NCBI RefSeq assembly: GCF_009914755.1
Contig: NC_060937.1
DNA from: the human T2T-CHM13v2.0 reference genome, Homo sapiens
Direction: 5' to 3' (one strand)
DNA length: 64,000 nt
Made by a program: the position numbers and the translations under genes. Of this stretch, positions 56,470-64,000 are shown piece after piece. The notes below the pieces were generated by a model. It was not told where the DNA came from, ran no database searches, and was given only the letters and a program-made list of their open reading frames with translations. The stretch's first letter is position 1, and each line of letters begins with the position of its first letter.

Positions 56470-57290
56470 AGCTTTGGGAATAAACTTATCAAAAGAGAGC
56501 TGTGACCTTTGAGGATAAAGTCACAAATGGAGTGAATTCATGCTCACAGAGTTCATAAAAAGACTCCATTCATAAAGATGTCACTTCTCCCCAAATTTAT
56601 AAACTCATAGCTGTTCCAATAAAAAAAATCTGGCAGGAGTTTTCATGAAACTGAAGAAACTGATCCTAAAATTCAGTGGGTACCAAAAAGCTAAGAATAG
56701 GCAACATTAATTTGAGGTGAGGAGTCCCCCGCCAGCTCTCAAGACTGAGGATGTCCCGGTGGATAGCAGCACCACAGGCTGAGATGGAGCCGGGGGGTCG
56801 GGGCCCACAGCCCAGACGCTGCAGAGAAGCTGGGGAGATCGACTTACCAGGAGTGGGAATTAGCTATCCAACGTAAGAAAATGAAATTAGCTTGACTTTA
56901 GAACTACGAGAAGGAAATAGAAAATATCCTTATAACCTTAGGGTAGAATTCCTTAAAATATAAAATGCAGAATTCAAAAGAGAAAATACTGATACATATG
57001 ACACATTTGACTTTGTAACCTTCTTTTTCATACTAACCTCACTATGGGGACAACTGTAACTTTTATTGAAAGGCATTTTTTTTTAATAAGCCACAGGCCA
57101 GAGGAAGACATTTCCTATAGTTATTTATTGTTTGTTTAGAGCAAAGGATTAATATTCAGAATGTATCAAGAACGTCTGTAAATCCAAACCAAAAAGTAAC
57201 CTAATGGGAAAATAGGCAGAATATCTGAGCAAATAACTTACGGGAGAAGAAACCTAAATGATGAACAAAAAGGAAGACATGAGCCTCGCT
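56470..57290 (+). mobile_element. Ancient L1M ORF2 fragments
   Basis: A-rich; aagatgtcacttctccccaaatt, aaactgatcctaaaattc, aatattcagaatgtatcaagaac. Confidence 0.6.
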
Positions 57291-57595
57291 AGTATTCGGG
57301 GTGCAGGCTGATGGGACTGAGATCGACGCCATCCACACAAGCCTGCTGCCAAGCTTTGTTTTAGACCGAGTCTTGCAACAGGAAGACATGAGCCTCGCTA
57401 GTATTTGGGGTGCAGGCTGATGGGACTGAGATCGACGCCATCCACACAAGCCTGCTGCCAAGCTTTGTTTTAGACCGAGTCTTGCAACAGGAAGACATGA
57501 GCCTCGCTAGTATTCGGGGTGCAGGCTGATGGGACTGAGATCGACGCCATCCACACGAGCTTGCTGCCAAGCTTTGTTTTAGACCGAGTCTTGCT
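57271..57595. repeat. 109-bp tandem triplication
   Basis: Unit starts at 57271, 57380, 57489; near-identical. Confidence 0.93.
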
Positions 57596-57860
57596 GTCAC
57601 CCAGGCTGGAGTGCAGTGGCTTGATCTTGGCTCACTGCAGCCCCAACCTCCTGGGCTCAAGTGATCCTCCCATCTCAGCATCCTGAGTAGCTGGGATGAC
57701 AGGCGTGTGCCACCATGCCTGGCTAAGTTTTTAGTCTTTTTGTAGAGATGGAGGTCTTGCTATGTTACCCAGGCTGGTTTTGAACCCTGGCCTCGAGCAG
57801 TCCTCCTGCCTCGGCCTCCCAAAGCGTTGGGATTGCAGGCATGAGCCACCGCACCTGGCC
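57575..57860 (-). mobile_element. AluJ
   Basis: Antisense Alu consensus. Confidence 0.88.
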
Positions 57861-58452
57861 CTGGCAGACATTTTTAACCTGATCTACCATTGGCAAGAAT
57901 GTGGAGTTGCAAGATCTAAGCATTCTCCATGGGAATGTAAATTGGTTCAGCCACTTTGGAGAACAATTTTGCAATCAGAAAATTCCATTTCTATATACAT
58001 ATCCTAGAAAATTCTTGCAAATTATTATAATTCAAAACAGCATTATTTTTAGTAGCAAAAAATTAATCAACTGAATATTCAGTAACATGCTGGACAGTTA
58101 AGATGTATTCATACATTGGAATGCTGCAGAAGCAAATGTGAATTCTGTAGCATGGAGGGAAAGATAGAAGATGTGGAATGCAACATGTTTTATGTGTTTA
58201 AAGTCTGAACTTTACATACATGCAAACTTTTACACTAAAAGCAACAAGAAGTGTTTGAGAATGACAGATGTGGCCGGGTGGCTGTGCCAGAGATGGGGAG
58301 GCATGCCATCAGAGAGAGACGCAGGGCAGTCGGCTGCTTGTGACATTTCTTCCAGAAGCTCAGTGATGGCTCTGGTTGTTCATGACATGCTTTGTACCTT
58401 TTTTCTTGATCCAAAGTATTTTATAATAATTGTTTTTAAAAACAAGGTAAGT

Positions 58453-58781
<329 letters not shown>

Positions 58782-59126
58782 TTATTTTGTGCCCTGCAAC
58801 TTTGTGAACTGGTTTATTGTAATAGATTTTTGTGTGTGGAATCTTTAGGATTTTCTACATATGAGATAATCTCATCTGCTTACAGGATCATTAAATTCAT
58901 TCTTCCCAATTTGGACACCAGCCTTGTGTCTTAGAGATGCACATTGAAAGGTATGGTTAAGAGGATGACTGGGGTTTCCCTTAGGAGGGTAGAGTGGAGG
59001 TTAGTGTATGAAACAAGGTTAGTCTGCCTGATCATGGAAACTGGATTATTTGTTCCTTGAGATGCACTGTATTTTTCTTTCTACTTTTGCATATGCTTGA
59101 AATTTTATTAGAAATTCCTATATATG

Positions 59127-59459
<333 letters not shown>

Positions 59460-60019
59460 TTAAGACTGTCTCACCAGAGCTTAAAGGTGTTAGCTCTGGC
59501 CACAGCAGCGGCCTCAGTCACTCTTCTTACATGGATTTTGATGCAAATTCTGCTCCTTTTCTATTTCTCAAGATTTCTAGCCCCTTCGAGGGGCCCAACC
59601 CTCGAAGGAGTCCAGTAAATGTGTAACTCCACTCTGCCTTGCCTGTGCTGAAAACACATAGAAAGAGGAACAGAGGAGGCAGGCACCTGGAGGTCAGAAT
59701 GGCAGCTGGATTGTGAAGAAGGTGTGGTTTGCATGCCTGGCAGTGATGAGCTTCTTAGGCTTCATTCTTAACCTCGGAGCAAGACTCATTGTCCAGCCAC
59801 AAGCAGCGTTGGCCTCCAGAGGCCTCCGTGGGCAGGGCCTGCCCTGTGAAACTCAGGTCTGCAAGAGAACCTTGAGACCAGGTGCCGTGGGCTGGCTGGT
59901 TCACAAAGGAAGACGGGCTCTATCCATTTCCAGGAAGAGCGCCCTTGTCTCCCTGGGAGTAATGTATGTGGGACCAGGCAAGAGGCCAGGAGTGGTGAGG
60001 AAACATTCCCTTCTTGTGA

Positions 60020-60343
<324 letters not shown>

Positions 60344-60640
60344 TTCATGCAGCCATTTTTGTATTAGTGAATAAATGGAATTCCTGAACGTCCACCAAGA
60401 GATGAATGGATAAACTGTGGTCTGTTCTACAACAGTTTTAAAAATGAATCAGAGCTTTGTGCATCAACATGGATAATTTGCAGATATAGTGGTGGTCAAA
60501 AACGGCAAGTCGCAGAAATGTTGATTCTGTGAAGTTTAATATTACAAAATAATAAACTCAGTGTTGCCTCCAGATCTATAGGTGTTAACATTAAGTAGAA
60601 ATGCATTCAAGGGGATGATGAACTTTCAGAATAAGGTCAA

Positions 60641-60760
60641 GTGGGGACTGTGGGTGGAGGGAAGAGGGGCCCCACAGCACGGGGTTTACAGACCTCCTTG
60701 TGGGGAGTGTGGGTGGAGGGAAGAGGGGCCCCACAGCAAGGGGTTTACAGAGCTCCTTGG
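60641..60760. repeat. ~60-bp tandem duplication
   Basis: tgtgggtggagggaagaggggccccacagc...gtttacaga twice. Confidence 0.88.
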
Positions 60761-61887
60761 CGGCACCCTTAGGACTTTATTTCTTTAAAAATCTGAAGCA
60801 AATATGTTACAGGTTTAAAATTTAGCAAATTCCTTAGTGGGTATGTGAGCATTTGATATACTCCTTGTTCTCTGTATATTTAAACTGTTTAATAAAAGGA
60901 ATGGAAAACAGGAAGAAATCAAAATGCTTATAGTAGTGATAAGCACAAAAAGGTAGTGCAGATTTCAGAAAGATGACAATAGTGAAAGTGTTGAGAAATT
61001 AGAGAAATTGTAATATTTCAGTGTGGTAATATTTTCATCTTGTCTGGTTGCACTGCTGAAGTTTTGTGCCCGTCACTACTCCGAGCACTTGTCTTCCTCC
61101 TGCAGCCCCGTGAAGTCCCTCGTGAGCAGTGTTTCCTGCGCAGGCCCTGTGGGTGTGGACTCGGGGTCCTGCATCAGGGACCTTGGTGAAGACCTGGTCT
61201 CTGCTCTGTGGTGCCCATGGCCTAGCGGGCAACAGTTGAGTGTCTGTTGATTTCAGCCAGTTCACTATGATCGGTGCAAAGGAAGAGAACAAAATATTTA
61301 AAACATTTACAAAATGCTGGCAGTAATATCATCAAAGGCTATCTCTAAAAAGTGAGATGTAGTGAGAGATTTTGTTTCTTTTAAATAGAAGGGGCGCAGG
61401 TGTGAACGTGTTATCTGCGGAAGATGTGGGGTGGCCGTGGCTCCTTTGCATCCCACAGACTCATCTCGCAGCCTCCCTCCCGTCTTGCGAAGGCTGCGAG
61501 ATGAAGAGAGATGCGGTGACCACAAGCCCATGCGAGCCTTAGGGTGAAAATCGCTGATCTGTGAAGCCTCCGCATGGACAATATTAGTTGGGAGGCAATT
61601 TTATCATCTCCTGAATCGTGTAACCCTAAAAGGCACAAAGCTGTAGCCACAACAGCTTAACGTCATCGTCTGTTCAGACTGTTTTAAAATTCTAAGCCAA
61701 GATATTTTGTTCACCAAAAATTTAATTTTGTACAATAAGTCAATCAAGCCTTCTAAAACAATTACCTGAATCTCTATCCAGAAAGAGATTTTTGCTGGCA
61801 TCAAGGGGTTTTGTGTGGTTCTGCTGTTTTTTTAAAATAAGCCTTTTCTATCAGATTGGTCTTTTAAAATCTGTTGATAACAGTAGC

Positions 61888-62252
<365 letters not shown>

Positions 62253-62460
62253 TAATTTTTAGAAGCATATTTACAGAGTTCATAGCTGGAACTGTACATT
62301 GAAAATTGAGACCTTTGGAGGCTTGTGCAAGTTACTGAATTTGTGAAGAAGGTCTCATTTTCCTTTCTTCTTTCCAGAGTTGTTCCTTAGTCTCTTCAGC
62401 TAGTCATGGCTACTACTGTTCTGCCCTCGTGAGCCGGTGTTTGTCTGCCGGGCCCGCCTT

Positions 62461-62730
62461 GGTCACACAGTGAAGGCTCATTCCGTGTGGTGGCTTGGGT
62501 GCGTCTGCACCATTTGGACACCAAGTCTGTGTTGGTCACACAGTGAAGGCTCATTCCGTGTGGTGGCTTGGGTGCGTCTGCACCATTTGGACACCAAGTC
62601 TGTCTTGGTCTCACAGCGAAGGCTCATTCCGTGTGGTGGCTTGGGTGCGTCTGCACCATTTGGACATCAAGTCTGTGTTGGTCTCACAGAGAAGGCTCGT
62701 TCTGTGCAGTGGCTTGGGTGGGTCTGCACA
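62461..62730. repeat. 73-bp VNTR, ~3.7 copies
   Basis: Unit starts near 62461, 62534, 62607, 62680. Confidence 0.92.
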
Positions 62731-63046
62731 CGTGGAACACACCACGTGACCAGAGGGGCCTGAGTCAGGCCTACCTGGAGTAGCTCAGGGAAGCTGTAAA
62801 GGTGAGAAGCAAAGGCTTCTCCATGTGTTTCTGGGACGCAGTGAAATTGGTGTGATTATCCAAGCCTGTCATCTTGTTTGCCATGTCACCTTTTTGTCAT
62901 GAGATTTTTCAATAATTATATAAATAACAAGTAAGTCGTGGAAGTAAAAGGTGTTCTGATGATTTGCTCTACAACATTTTTAATCTTAAAATGCTTCAGT
63001 GTTCTCAAAGAGATTTTAAAGTCTATTCTTAAAAATGTAAAGTGCC

Positions 63047-63604
<558 letters not shown>

Positions 63605-63914
63605 TTATAGTTTAAAATCACTTGTGCATAAAAATACTACTTAATACCTTTTCCAAAGAGATGTTCTGAGCTCAGATGGCTCAGGATTCCGTGCACAGTC
63701 CCTGGAGCAACACTGCCTTGCTCACGCCCTGGCTCTGTGCTTAGCAGCTCCTCACCACGGGCAGGTGACTTATCCTCACAGTTCCTCAGTCCTGTCTTCC
63801 ATCAAGTAGGGGTGGTAGTAGTACCCACTGATGGAGTAGTCAGGAGGAATGAATGAGTTCCGATAGAAACATGCTTAGAACAATGTCCAGAACGTAATAA
63901 GTGATGTGGAGGGA

Positions 63915-64000
63915 GGGGGGTGTCTGTATGCATGTGTATGTGTGCACGGGGAGGGAGTATCTGTGTGTGTGTGTGTAGGTAGGGTATATCTGTGTGCTTA
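63915..64000. repeat. GT-rich low-complexity tract
   Basis: Visible directly; cut by window end. Confidence 0.7.

Overview
Eukaryotic (human-type, Alu-rich) genomic DNA, not prokaryotic; no CRISPR, tRNA or rRNA seen. The window holds two head-to-head genes sharing a CpG island (~33.0-34.1 kb). DCUN1D2 is on the minus strand: all 7 coding exons were reconstructed by hand, 780 nt = 259 aa + stop, a UBA + PONY neddylation co-E3. The 5' part of TMCO3 is on the plus strand: non-coding exon 1 plus coding exons 2-8, a CPA2/Kef-like cation/H+ antiporter that continues past the window. This pair matches human 13q34 (recognised from protein sequence). Introns carry ~22 Alu/FLAM copies, old L1s, Tigger/MER DNA transposons, a MER41-type solo LTR, a U1 snRNA retropseudogene and many GC-rich VNTRs. 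Most six-frame ORFs are repeat or GC-content artefacts. Best leads: (1) back-splicing TMCO3 exon 7 to exon 2 would give a 1305-nt circle with a stop-free, endless reading frame; (2) a stop-containing cassette exon in DCUN1D2 intron 4; (3) a MER41 LTR keeping tandem GAS/STAT motifs; (4) layered uORFs in the TMCO3 leader. Repeat subfamily calls come from recalled consensus sequences and repeat boundaries are approximate.
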